NCBI GenBank assembly: GCA_964016885.1
Contig: OZ024740.1
Location: forward strand, 128,030,001-128,094,000
Direction: 5' to 3'
Length of the DNA stretch: 64,000 nt
From: Eledone cirrhosa
Lineage: Eukaryota
Position numbers and translations under genes: made by a program. The notes beneath the pieces were generated by a model. The model was given only the letters and a program-made list of their open reading frames with translations. It did no database searches and was not told the DNA's origin. Position 1 is the stretch's first letter; every line of letters begins with the position of its first letter. Positions 25,053-36,521 of the stretch are shown one piece after another.

Positions 25053-26414
25053 CATATATATGCTCATATATAGACACACGTATACACACACCCCCACACA
25101 CACATACACCCACATTCTGCCACATATGTATATATATGCACATGTCTGCACATACAGGCGCGCATAAGCTCGTGCACACACGCACCCATGCCCATACACA
25201 TAACCCATTACCCACCCACGTATATATATATACACATACATACTCATCTACACACACACCCACACGCAGACATACCCACACACATGTGTCCACACATAAA
25301 AACAATCACATTTGTAAAAGTGATTGTTAGTATTGTTATATCATTGTTTTGTTACTGTTACCTGTTGTATACACGGACACGAGCCTGCATCTCATAATGC
25401 CTGTGTGTAGTACGTCACATGGACGCACACACCTTCACATATACCCCCCCCCGTTTTTTTCGTTTTTTTTTCTCTTTTATTTTACCTGTACCTTTATGTT
25501 ACCCCTTCTTTTCCTGTACCTTTATGCAGTTACATACATATTTAATGTATCCTAAAATATTGTAAATTTATTTACATATTTTATTTTATTATCATATTGT
25601 GTTTATGTTCACGAGTTTATTTTATGTGTGGACACATGTGTGTGGGTACATGTGCGTGTGTGTGTGCATGTGTATATATATATATGCGTGGGTGGGTGTG
25701 GGGGGGTGTATGGGCATGGGTGCGTGGGTGCACGAGCTTATGCGCGCCTGTATGTGCAGACATGTGCATATATATACATATGGCAGAATGTGGGTGTATG
25801 TGTGAGTGGGGGTGTGTGTATACGTGTGTCTATATATGAGCATATATATGTATACATATATATATATATATATATATATATGTCTATATGTGTATGGGTG
25901 AGTAAGTACGTATAGCCACATATGAGTAGGTGTGTGTGTGTGCGGGCGGGTAAGTGTGTGTATATATGTGTGGATGTGTATGGGTGTATATATGTGGATG
26001 TGGGTGCAGCTCCATGCATTTACGGGCCTCTATAATGGTTTATATGTATTTGTGCATACATGTATGTGATCATGTGCATCTCGTGGAATGTGTGCGGGTA
26101 TTTATATATGGACTATATATGTTTGTTTTCATTATTATTATTATTATTCATGTTGTATTATTTTATCACATACCCTCTATACATACCTGTATATATGCGT
26201 ATATGTACGTATGAGTATGTGTACGCGTGTGTCTGTGTATGTGTGTGTGTATATATATATATGTATATGCGCGCGTGTGTGTGTGTATGTGTGTATAATA
26301 GGGATATATATATATATATATATATGTACGTGTGTTTGTAAATATATACCACATTGTATATAATATATTTCATTGTATATTTTTCTTATGTTATTACACT
26401 GCTTCATGTTATTA
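25053..26414. repeat. Low-complexity dispersed repeat with a ~245-bp inverted segment (related copy about 59000-60105, inverted)
   Basis: 25053-25300 is the reverse complement of about 25620-25850; the body resembles 59.0-60.1 kb. Confidence 0.65.
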
Positions 26415-28270
26415 CTAGCTTAATGACCCGGCGTTGCCCGGGTTACTGCTGTTTTTATTCAGATTAGGAAACAATAAATATGAAGAATTTTTTTTTCTCA
26501 TATTCACTTTACATAAAATATGTCAAAGTTGTAATGATAATAGAATTGTGACCAACCGAGCACGGCGGGCTGTTTGATGTTTTGCAGCACGGGACGCGGC
26601 GGTGGATACAGCGTTCTGGGACCTTCGGATGGCTGTCTGTATCTCGGTCTGGGATGCTCTGGCAGCTGCCTTGGGGGCGGAGTCCTTGGACCTTGGGATG
26701 GCTGTCTCGTGGTCGATTTCTGCGGCACGGTAGGCGGCGGTTGAAGCAGTGTTCTTTGACCGTCTGGTGGCTGTTTGCTGTTTAGTTTCGGAGGCCCCTG
26801 CAGCAGCAGTAGTTGCAGCATTCCTAGCCCTACGAAGAGCTCTTTGGCTGTCACTCTCTGCTGCCCTAGAGGCGGCTGTTGCAACTGCATTCCGACAATT
26901 ACGAATGGCACGATTCGAAGCGGTAACCGTAGATAGAGAGGCGCTGGGTTGGGCTGTGCTAGGGGTACTTAAGTTTGAAAGCGAAGTAACAGGGGTTTGT
27001 GGCCAAAAATGCAGTCCGGCATCCGTAGACTGCTCATTCAATCGCCTCTTTTTTGAAACAACAGACGATGTTTTCCTACGGCTAAGGGTACTCTTTCTTT
27101 TCAGTGGCATGGTTGCAATAGCACAGTAAACAGTAAAGGGGAAGCAGGTTTAGAGCAAAGGCAAAAAAGCGAAGGTGATAAGCAGTATTTTGGGGAAGGT
27201 AAAAAAAAATGACAAATTGTTACAATTTTAAGCAAGAAAAAAGTAAACAAAAAACGTACTGGGAATGGCAAAGTCCGAAAGGGAGGTCACAAAATGTAAT
27301 GCAGTGAGAGTGAAGTACACGTCTACACAGTAGCCTAACCAAGTAGCAATTGTAGCGTTTGAAAACCAAAGCTTTGCAGGCCACTCAAATCAACGATAAG
27401 AGTCTGCAGAATTTTTTGATCGCAGTCTTGCCAAAACAGAATAAAAGCTGCCACCTCCAGCCGTCCAGGAAATTTATTTTTTGATTCAAGGCGAAAATTT
27501 GTCCACTTCTCGACCGAAAGAAAGCAAAAACTGACTCAACTGGTGCCAGGTGGTCAGAACTGGCAGGAACTGGTTTGTGTCACGTGAAGCTGTAACTATA
27601 GCAACAGTGGTTCCCTCGGTCTCAAAGACCAAAGTAAGTGGAGAGGGGAAGGTAATGTTACTGTAGCACCAACAACGTCTCTCTCTATATTCCTCGCTCA
27701 ATAAAGAAGAGGGAGGGGGAAGGTAATGTTACTATAGCAACAGTGGTTCGCTCACTGACCAAAGTGGCGAGGGGAATGTAATATTTCTGTGACACCCACA
27801 ACTTCTCTCTCTATCTTCCTCTCTCTCTCTCTAAAGAAGGGGGAAGGGGAAGGTAATGTTACTATAAGACCTGTTATTCCTGTCTCTCTATATACGAAGT
27901 GGAGATTCGACCTCGAGCTTCACTCTCGACCGAATTTCGAAATGATTCGAGCACGTCAACAAAATTTAGACTCTTTTCTACCCATATTAGCAAAAAACCG
28001 GGTCAAAAACCTCAAAAGGAAAATTTTTTAACGCGTGCATAAAATGCAACCTCATCTCCCGATTTCACCCAAAATAGACAAAAGGGTGGATTGCGGGCCC
28101 CTGGGGGGGCCTATCAAAAAACAAAGTAGCCTAAGCAATGTAAAGGATCACGCGGAGTGATGTATGTAAATTTGAGCGAGATGGGGCGAGCGGTGTAGAC
28201 GCCAACCTCGAATAATGTAGTATCCACACACACACAGACAAACACTCATCCTCTGTTTTATATATATAGA
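26415..28270 (-). mobile_element. Complete non-autonomous Helitron (1856 bp)
   Basis: Minus strand begins A|TCTATATAT and ends with hairpin ACCCGG(gcaacg)CCGGGT followed by CTAG|T. The reconstituted empty site atgttatta|tactgttt matches the local host repeat, with no TSD. Confidence 0.9.
26523..27110 (-). CDS. Helitron N-terminal remnant protein: basic NLS-like start plus 23-aa STPR-like repeats
   Basis: MPLKRK..KKRRL followed by RAAESDSQRALRRARNAATTAAA / GASETKQQTATRRSKNTASTAAY / RAAEIDHETAIPRSKDSAPKAAA / RASQTEIQTAIRRSQNAVSTAAS. Confidence 0.65.
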   Translation of the reverse strand: MPLKRKSTLSRRKTSSVVSKKRRLNEQSTDAGLHFWPQTPVTSLSNLSTPSTAQPSASLSTVTASNRAIRNCRNAVATAASRAAESDSQRALRRARNAATTAAAGASETKQQTATRRSKNTASTAAYRAAEIDHETAIPRSKDSAPKAAARASQTEIQTAIRRSQNAVSTAASRAAKHQTARRARLVTILLSLQL

Positions 28271-28708
28271 TACTGTTTTATGTTATTATACTGTTTTTTA
28301 TTGCATAATGTATTTTCAACTGTTCACTTACAGGTGTGTTTATATATGTACATGTATATGCGGTGGCACTTATGTGTATGTAGGCAGATGTGCATGCGGC
28401 AGCATGTATGCGTACGCATGTGTAGATGTATGTATATCGTCCTATGTTTGGGTATTTGTATGTATATGTGTGGATGTGCGTATGCATGTTAAGTTGTCCC
28501 TTTTTCTTGTGTGTGTATATATATGTGTATATATATATATATATGTATGTGTGTGTAGGTACGTGTGTAGGCAATGTTTATGTACGTATGTGTTCGTATG
28601 TGTGTGCGGACATGTGTGAGTTTACGTTTGTGTATATATGTGTGTGTATGTATGTGTGTGTATATATATATATATGTATATATATACATATAGTTATCTA
28701 ATGAACAA

Positions 28709-28890
28709 CGGTGGATTGGCAGTATCGGTAGAGGGTCGGACGCCATGCTTTCCAGCATAGTTATGTCCCTTTACGATGTGAGTTCAAATCCCGCCGAGGT
28801 TGACTTTGCCTTTCATCCTTACGGGGTCGATAAAATAAAGTACCAGTAATGCACTGGGTAATTGCTGGCCTTGTGCCTAAAGTAGAAACA
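28709..28890 (+). mobile_element. Near full-length tRNA-derived SINE with target-site duplication
   Basis: A-box TGGCAGTATCGG and B-box GTTCAAATCC; TSD gttatctaatgaacaac at 28693-28709 and 28891-28907. Confidence 0.92.
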
Positions 28891-29075
28891 GTTATCTAAT
28901 GAACAACATAAGATAATTTTTTCGTTTACCAGTGGTTTCTTGAAGGCAAACGATATTTGCTTTCATTCATCAGAATGAAAAAATCCTAAGTGTGTATTTA
29001 TGTGTGTATATGCAGGTGTGTATATGTGTATGTATGTGAATGTATGTGTGTATGTATATATGCGTATGTATGACC

Positions 29076-29109
<34 letters not shown>

Positions 29110-29643
29110 TTAAATGTATATATTTAAATGTATAGAAGGTTGGCCGCATATGTGTGTGTGTACGTTTGAATAGGACATGCTTACCCAATTGATACAGACC
29201 AGTCAGAAGGCTCGTGGCGGCATGTATCAACAAGTGTGTGTGACTGGATCTATGGGAGTGAGGGAGAGAGGGTGTGTGAGTATAAATAGTGCGAAGTATG
29301 TATGTGGCCGCGTGGGTGTCTGCGCATGTAGACGTAGGAGTGTAAATGCATAGATAGGTATGTGTCTGAATATGTGTGTGTTATTATGTGTTTATTCTAG
29401 TATGTGTGGGTGCTTACCCAGAAGTGGAGCAGACGTGTGAAGTACTGAACCCAGCATGGCTCCATTGAAATGTGTCGGACGGAAAGTGGTTGATGAACCG
29501 TGTGGCAGTAGATACTGACCAGAATTTGTGATGACGTGGAGTAGAAACAGCCAATGGCATGACAAGAGTGGATAGAGGGTTTTTAGTGGGTGTTGTTTTG
29601 ATGATAACACCCCAGTGATAAAATTTGCTCCGGACATAACAGC

Positions 29644-29734
29644 CGTGTCTGAAAGAACCCGCAGAAGTAGAATCAGCCAGATCCATACAAGGACCATTAC
29701 TCGAGCTACATGTCGGCGAAACATTTGTAACACG
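29644..29734 (+). ncRNA. Hammerhead with 8-nt core CUGAAAGA (second copy 57468-57558, minus strand)
   Basis: cgtgt-CTGAAAGA-..gcag..gtag/ctac..-GAA-AC-attt-GT-A-acacg; the homologue at 6020-6060 has canonical CTGATGA. Confidence 0.7.
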
Positions 29735-29778
29735 AAATAAACTAAGTCCAGAAGCATCACTAAGATTTCGTTTTCTTG

Positions 29779-29844
<66 letters not shown>

Positions 29845-29845
<1 letters not shown>

Positions 29846-31773
29846 CTTTGATAAATGTGATAACTTTGACAGGTTTCGGCCAGTATTGGCCCAGGCCATG
29901 TCCAACTTAATAGCACCAACTGGCGAAGTCTTACAAATCAGGGTTTGGGCACCATGGCCCTCTCGAGCAGAGTGTTATTGTTTACGGAGGCAGATCCGGG
30001 TGTAGGAAGCTTATCCGGGTTTTCTTGAAGGAATTTGTCCAAAGACTTCTTGAACTTGATGGGGTTTGTTTCTGTTTTGATGTGTTTTGGTGTAATGTTA
30101 AAGAGAGCAGCGCCAATTGAGGTGAAAAAATGGTGCCGTATTGTCGTTATGAGATGCGAGTGAGATTTTTGTCGTGAGCGAATAGTACGGGGCCCAAGCC
30201 TTGGTTCTACATTAAAGGTAATGCCAACATCATTTGAGCAAAGCTGATGAAATATTTTCCACATCATGCAAATAATGTAGCTCTCACGGCGACGTTGGAG
30301 AGAATAAAGGTTGAGCTTTTCTAATCGACTCCAATAGTCAAGGCCTGTCATGCCATCTATCTTTTTTGTAATGGATCTTTGGGGTGCTTCAACTTTCATG
30401 ATACTTTGTTTTGTGTGGGGAGACCACAGTGGACAACAGTATTCAAGGAGGGGTCGGGCAAAAGTGGAGAAGAGAACGATAACAGTGTGGATATCTCTCG
30501 ACTAGAAGGTTCTGAGAATCCAGGAACACATTCTGCGGGCCATGTCAACTCTGCTGTTTATATGAGTGACCCAGCTTATGTTGTTGTTCACAATTACGCC
30601 AAGGTCTCTCATGTTGTTCGATGCCACTAGAGTTTCACCCGAAGGAAGAGAGTATGGTAGTTTTAGGGCATCCTTTTTACCAAAGTGGATTAATTCAAAT
30701 TTATCCCCATTCAACAGCATATTATTCTTTTCTGCCCATTGGATAACAGCCAGTAGGTCTGATTGAAGGCAAGTCCGGTCACCCACCTCATTGATGACAC
30801 TTTTGGAGCTTGGAATCATCTGCGAGTATTCTTATGTTGCTGTGCTTGATGATGTCAGTAATGTCATTAAGGTAGATGATGAAAAGAAGTGGACCCAATA
30901 CAGTGCCTTGTGGGACGCCACTGCTGACTTTGGCAAGGGCTTGATTTTACTCCTTCGACTACAGCATGTTGGATTCTGTCTGTCAGGAAACATTTGATCC
31001 ACTGTAGTAACTTTCCAGAGGCACCAATATTGGATAGTTTTTTCAGGAGAAGCTTATGATGAACCCTGTCAAAGGCCTTGCCGAAATCAAGGTAGATGGC
31101 ATCAGTGTTGGAGCCCTCTCCCAAGGCTCTCAAAACATCGTCAAAATTATGAAGGAGCTGCATTATGCAGCCCCTTCCATTAAGGAACCCATGTTGGTTG
31201 GAGTTCAGCAGGCTGTTGCTTTCAAGAAAGTGGGTTATTCGTGAGCTCACCAACCTCTCAAATACCTTGATAATATGAGAGTTGAGTGAGATCGGACAAC
31301 TGCAAGGGACTTATTTCCCTTTTTGAAGACTCGGACAACGGACTGGGACAGAAAGTTTTCAGGAATATAGCCAGTATCCTGTGCGTTCCTCCACAGATTA
31401 GCAAGAGGATATGCAAGTTGGTGTCGACACACCTTCAGGACACAAGCAGGGAATCTGTCGGGGCCTACTGCTGAATTGTGTTTAATTTCGTTTATTGCCG
31501 CTAAGACATCAGTGGCACCAAACGTTACGTCCGATACAGTGTGTTGGGGATTAACATCACTGATACGGCCCAGATCGGCCATATCAGGATTGCTGAAAAC
31601 AGAGCAGTATTGTGTCTGCAGTATCTCGCCCATGGTTTTGGCATTATCTTGGAGTGTGCCATTTTCATTAACTAGAGGGCCAACAGTGGAGAGAGTAACC
31701 TTGTGTTTTTTAGCAAATGAAAAGAACACTTTGGGGTTGATTTTGATTTTCTCAATGGCCCACCTCTCTTGTG
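29845..31773 (-). mobile_element. 5'-truncated CR1-like LINE (RT), decayed
   Basis: NPKVFFSF, AVGPD, NQHGF, DAIYLDFGKAFDRV, LADDSK, RDLGV and LYSLQRRRE; short tandem 3' tail (gataacttt repeats). Confidence 0.88.
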
Positions 31774-31796
31774 TATATATATATATCATTATTTTT

Positions 31797-32112
31797 GGCA
31801 GTATCGGTAGAGGGTCGGACGCTATGCTTTGACGTATAGAGTTACGGGCCTTGCCATTCTAAGTTCAAATCCTGCCGAGGTTAACTTTGCCTTTCATCCT
31901 TATGAGGTCGATAAAATAAAATACCAGTAATGTACTGCTATAATTGCTGGCATTGTGCCAATAGTAGACACAATTATTTTACTGTATATATATATCATTA
32001 TTTCAAATCCCGCCGAGGTTGACTTTACCTTTCATCCTTACGGGGTCGATAAAATAAAGTACCAGTAATGCACTGGTTAATTGCTGGCCTTGTGCCTAAA
32101 GTAGAAACAATT
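31797..32112 (+). mobile_element. Two tRNA-derived SINE copies (31797-31975 and 32001-32112)
   Basis: Family body and B-box. Confidence 0.85.
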
Positions 32113-32280
32113 ATTTTACTATTTATCTTTCATTTTTTTATTATGTTATTTTTTCAATTCTGTTTATATATATATATATATATATTACACGGCTCAGTAA
32201 GATTTACTTCTTTGAGCTATTTAATTGTAAAAGACTATTTTGAGTTTCTAACTCAATCTATGATATATATATATATGTAT

Positions 32281-32466
<186 letters not shown>

Positions 32467-33089
32467 CAATCCCGGATAAGACAATTGAAGAACAAGAGAA
32501 TTATACTCGAAGACAAGGAATAGCCGCGGATGAGTATGTATAAACTTGAGAAGTTTAGTGAAAACTATTAAATAATAAAGATAGAGAATCAAAACAGAAG
32601 CAATGCATAAATAACAATTAGAGTTATAGAACAAAGTGAAAGAATAATAGAATTAAGCAAAGTATATCAGGAAAGAGATGCGTATAAGATTCAAAAGTAA
32701 CGAAATCAAAGAATTGAAGATCTCAGACAAAACTCTGAGAAACTTTTAGAAAATGAAACTAAATGACAGAGAGACGCTTGACGAGAAAACTAGATAATAT
32801 GAACCGCTGAGAGGATACAAAATAAAGCACTTCATTGAAGAGCCGGCATTCGAGTATTTAGAGTCCTGGTCTAGTTCCACACTGTGCATGCCATATTCCC
32901 AACTATCAGCCCCAGTTATCCAAAATAAGTCAAGTTTTGTAAGCTGAGGAACCAAGTATTTCATACAACCTTTATGAAATTAATTCTCGTTTAATTCTCA
33001 ACGTTGCTACATAGAAACGATGTTTACTGATTTATCTGTTGATCACGCAAAATGATTGTATATTTATTTTAATTAATACAAACCTATAT

Positions 33090-33660
33090 AAAAATCTCAA
33101 TGCAAAGAAGACCGAAATCATGCACTACAATCAAGTTCATCAAGTTGGTGCATTGATGCACAGCTCACGCAAGAACTTTGAAGCTGGAAAAGCATTAGCA
33201 TGGTCGGCATGTCACAAGCTACTGAGGGTGTGGAAGTCCGACCTAAACTGCAAAATCAAGGAGCATCTCTTCCTAGCAATTGTTGCGTCCGTCCTGTTTA
33301 CGGCAGTGAAACGTGGACTAGACGGACGGATGTTACAAGAAAATGTTGCTAATGGCTCTAAACATTTCTTGGAAACAGAAGCTGACAAATAAGGAACTAT
33401 TCAGATCACTACCACCTGTCTCAAAAAAGTTACCTGCAGACAAATGAAACTGGCTGGGCACTGCATACGTCATCCAGGAGAGATCGCATCACAACTTGTG
33501 CTCTGGAAACCGACGGTCGGACGAAGAAGCATGGGAAGATAGGCCGTCTCATTCATCGATGCTCTGCTGAAAGATGCCAACATTTATAACATCGATGAAC
33601 AGAGAAATGTCCTGCTCGATCAGGACGATTGGAGAGAGATCGTGCTGAATCTTTGCCGAA
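33090..33660 (+). mobile_element. Decayed RTE-like LINE 3' fragment
   Basis: LNAKKTEIM, KALAWSACHKL..VWKS and QMKLAGHCIRHP..LVLWKP. Confidence 0.7.
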
Positions 33661-33849
33661 GAAAAAGATATATAAAACTGTGATCTATCAACACACCATG
33701 ACTTACAGGGATCGAGGATGCAAGGCGGCCTACGTGACATCGATTCAGGTCGGCCTCTGCTCTGTGGGCATCCATCCTTTTCTATCCTCCGTAGAGGTCC
33801 AGTCCCCCCAAAATATAATGTGATGCCATCCAGTGCAACATGATCTCAG

Positions 33850-34470
33850 ACAAGCTGGTGCACTGGCTTGACCAGCGCTGTCTGGCTTAACACTGTACCA
33901 TCGATCTCGACTGACACTCATCAGGACTGACTGTTTGCCCATTAGTGATTTCCTAAGGCTCGGCCTCTGGGTATGTGAGCCTCACAAATGCCGCTGCGAT
34001 CCCACTGAGGACTCTTTCGACCTCCACCTACTTCCATTATAGTGCTGGCCGCTACTCACAACATGCTGCTTTCAACGATATCATAAAGCATGACCTGGAC
34101 GAGGCAGTCTACCCTTCCCAGCTCAACCCAGCAGGATTTAGCTGAGGAAGGGTGGGGTGGGGGTGGGGGGGTGGGGGGTATAAAACAGAACGGCGTGAAA
34201 ATGTTCCCTTCTCACTGTGGTAAGGATCTTAGATGCTACATGGTGTGACACTTTCTCTAACGGCAACCTGGTGCATACGCTATCTAGCCAGGCTTCGCTC
34301 TCGTCAGCACGAAGCGGGAAAACTGCCGAAATATCGGTCACTCTTCGACATGTATGTGGTTGTGCCTGTGGTAGTGGAAACTACCAGCGAACTTGGGTCG
34401 TGGATCACATCCCTACTCACTGCTATCGGGGCGGAGTTAGCTATCTGCAGGGGCAAGTTCCGCGAGTTCC
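33850..34470 (+). mobile_element. Decayed CRE-like LINE C-terminal region (Zn knuckle plus restriction-like endonuclease)
   Basis: WLNTVP, LRLGLWVCEPHKCRC, AGR..HAAFNDII, DATWCDT and VPVVVET..LG. Confidence 0.6.
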
Positions 34471-36446
34471 GGGGTAAAAATAAAATTTACAAGAAACTGT
34501 TGCGAACGACTTTCTTATTGAGATGCACAGCGACGGGGTATTTCATAGCAGCTGGCATAATGGTAAAATCAAGATAATCACCTCCGATAATTGGATTGCT
34601 CTTAAAGAAGAAGATATAATATTAATACAAGTACATCGGTCGGTGTATTGATTACGAAACCGTTTTCTAATTAGTCGAATGATTATGTTTCGATGCTTTT
34701 TGAACACGTATTTGTGTAGAAGTTCTATTGTATCCTATATGTAAGCCGTACTGAAACGATGGAGCTATTAAACCCGTAAATGCTGAATCTCTTAGTAATG
34801 AGTCCTTTTAACATATTAATAATGTCTATCAAATTTAATGTTTTTTTGTCTTTTTTTCTAATTCAAATATCTATTAACTCGTTTTTCGAATTGGTTGTCT
34901 GGTTTTCTTCGGCTTGACAACATTTCTTAGTAACCAATTCCAGCTTGCACTGCTCCGTTTTGAGATTTGTTGCTTCATATTATTGTTGATCGTTTCTTAA
35001 ATAACTTTAGTGAATAGCCTCTCATTCACTGATGATTGATGTAATTCTAAGAGAAACATTAAGTGTCTTGTTTAAAATAACTAGCAACTATATGACCACA
35101 AGTGATCAATGTTTAAGATGATACCTAGACACTCATGTGGTTATTTTTAAATTTTATTGATATTTAATTAACACACATTAAACGTTGATAAGGAATTAAA
35201 TAAACCATGCAGAAATTCAATTATGGCAATCAATATCTTTTTCGAAAATTTCAAAATATTAAATTAGGTATTAACTACAAATAAATATACAAATTCACAC
35301 ATACACATAAGTGTGTGTACAAATATATATATATATATGTATGTGAGTGTGTGTGTGTGTGTGTGTGTTTGTGTGTGCGCGCGTGTATGTATGTGTATGT
35401 CTGTGTTTGTGACTTATACATAGACATATGCATGTGTTTCTGGACGCTGTTCGATTAAATTTCACAAAGTTTCTCATAGCTTTGCATGAAGCGAATACTT
35501 GCGAAGCCGACCGAGTGGATTGCACCTGTAATTTAATGGTCCTGATATGTCACATATTATCTCCCGCTTATCCAGCCAGGTGAATTGTGTTAAAGGTAAA
35601 TGTGTGTGGGAAAAAACTTCACCATCACTTACACATTACTTTGAATTTACAACTGGATGTTTATATACTGAAACCATTGAAGACTCAAGTATGATTATGA
35701 ACTATAACATTGGATCCCATGATGTATATTTATGTTTTATATTCTGACGTTCTCAATTATGACTGTCTAAATTTCAAACATATTCATCCACCTATAATTC
35801 AATGGGTCTGTTGTGATTCACATTGTGTCGCGGTGAGTCTCCCTGAATAATTGTGACTGTGGGATGCATAGCCACTTACACGTTTATTTCCCGATTAGGA
35901 TTTTTCATGGGTCGAAAAATTAGAACAGTCACTGTGGAAAACGACGGACATCTATTTTAAACTTACTTCACAAATGTGAATCTGGACCTATAAAAAATTA
36001 AATTTAGAACTACACAAGCACGGATCAACTGCAAGTTCAAGAATTCAGTTTATTTGTCTGTCTTTACCGCCTGACATTTACACATCATGCAGTCTTCGAT
36101 CGTCTTCATTTAATACTGTCCCTTTCATTTCCTTACATATGTATATACGAAAACTACATCAACTTTACTTTTGTTTTCTCCACGCTCAGTACCAAGCATA
36201 TGGGAATCAGGAAACAGTTGTCAGTATTCAATGTATGAATTGAAAACAGTCTTGCTGGTAATTCACCAAGCAGTCAAACAACTGCAAAGAATCATCATGA
36301 AAGAATCACTAGAGAGAAAATAGATTAATGTTTGAACTAAATGTTAATTGTAAATAAAGGATCCTCGCATATGATTAGATATGTATAGTAGAGCTATTGT
36401 CCAAATTGTCAGTCAGATACATAAGATTTCATCTTTGTTTAATAAT

Positions 36447-36459
36447 GTAGTAGTAGTAA

Positions 36460-36521
<62 letters not shown>
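36447..36521. repeat. (GTA)n microsatellite
   Basis: Direct reading of the sequence. Confidence 0.95.

Noticed and set aside
28709-28800. tRNA genes at the SINE heads
   Set aside because: A and B boxes are present, but there is no cloverleaf and each continues into the SINE body.
32470-32970. Purine-rich stretch resembling a decayed coiled-coil ORF1
   Set aside because: Multiple stops and no diagnostic motif.
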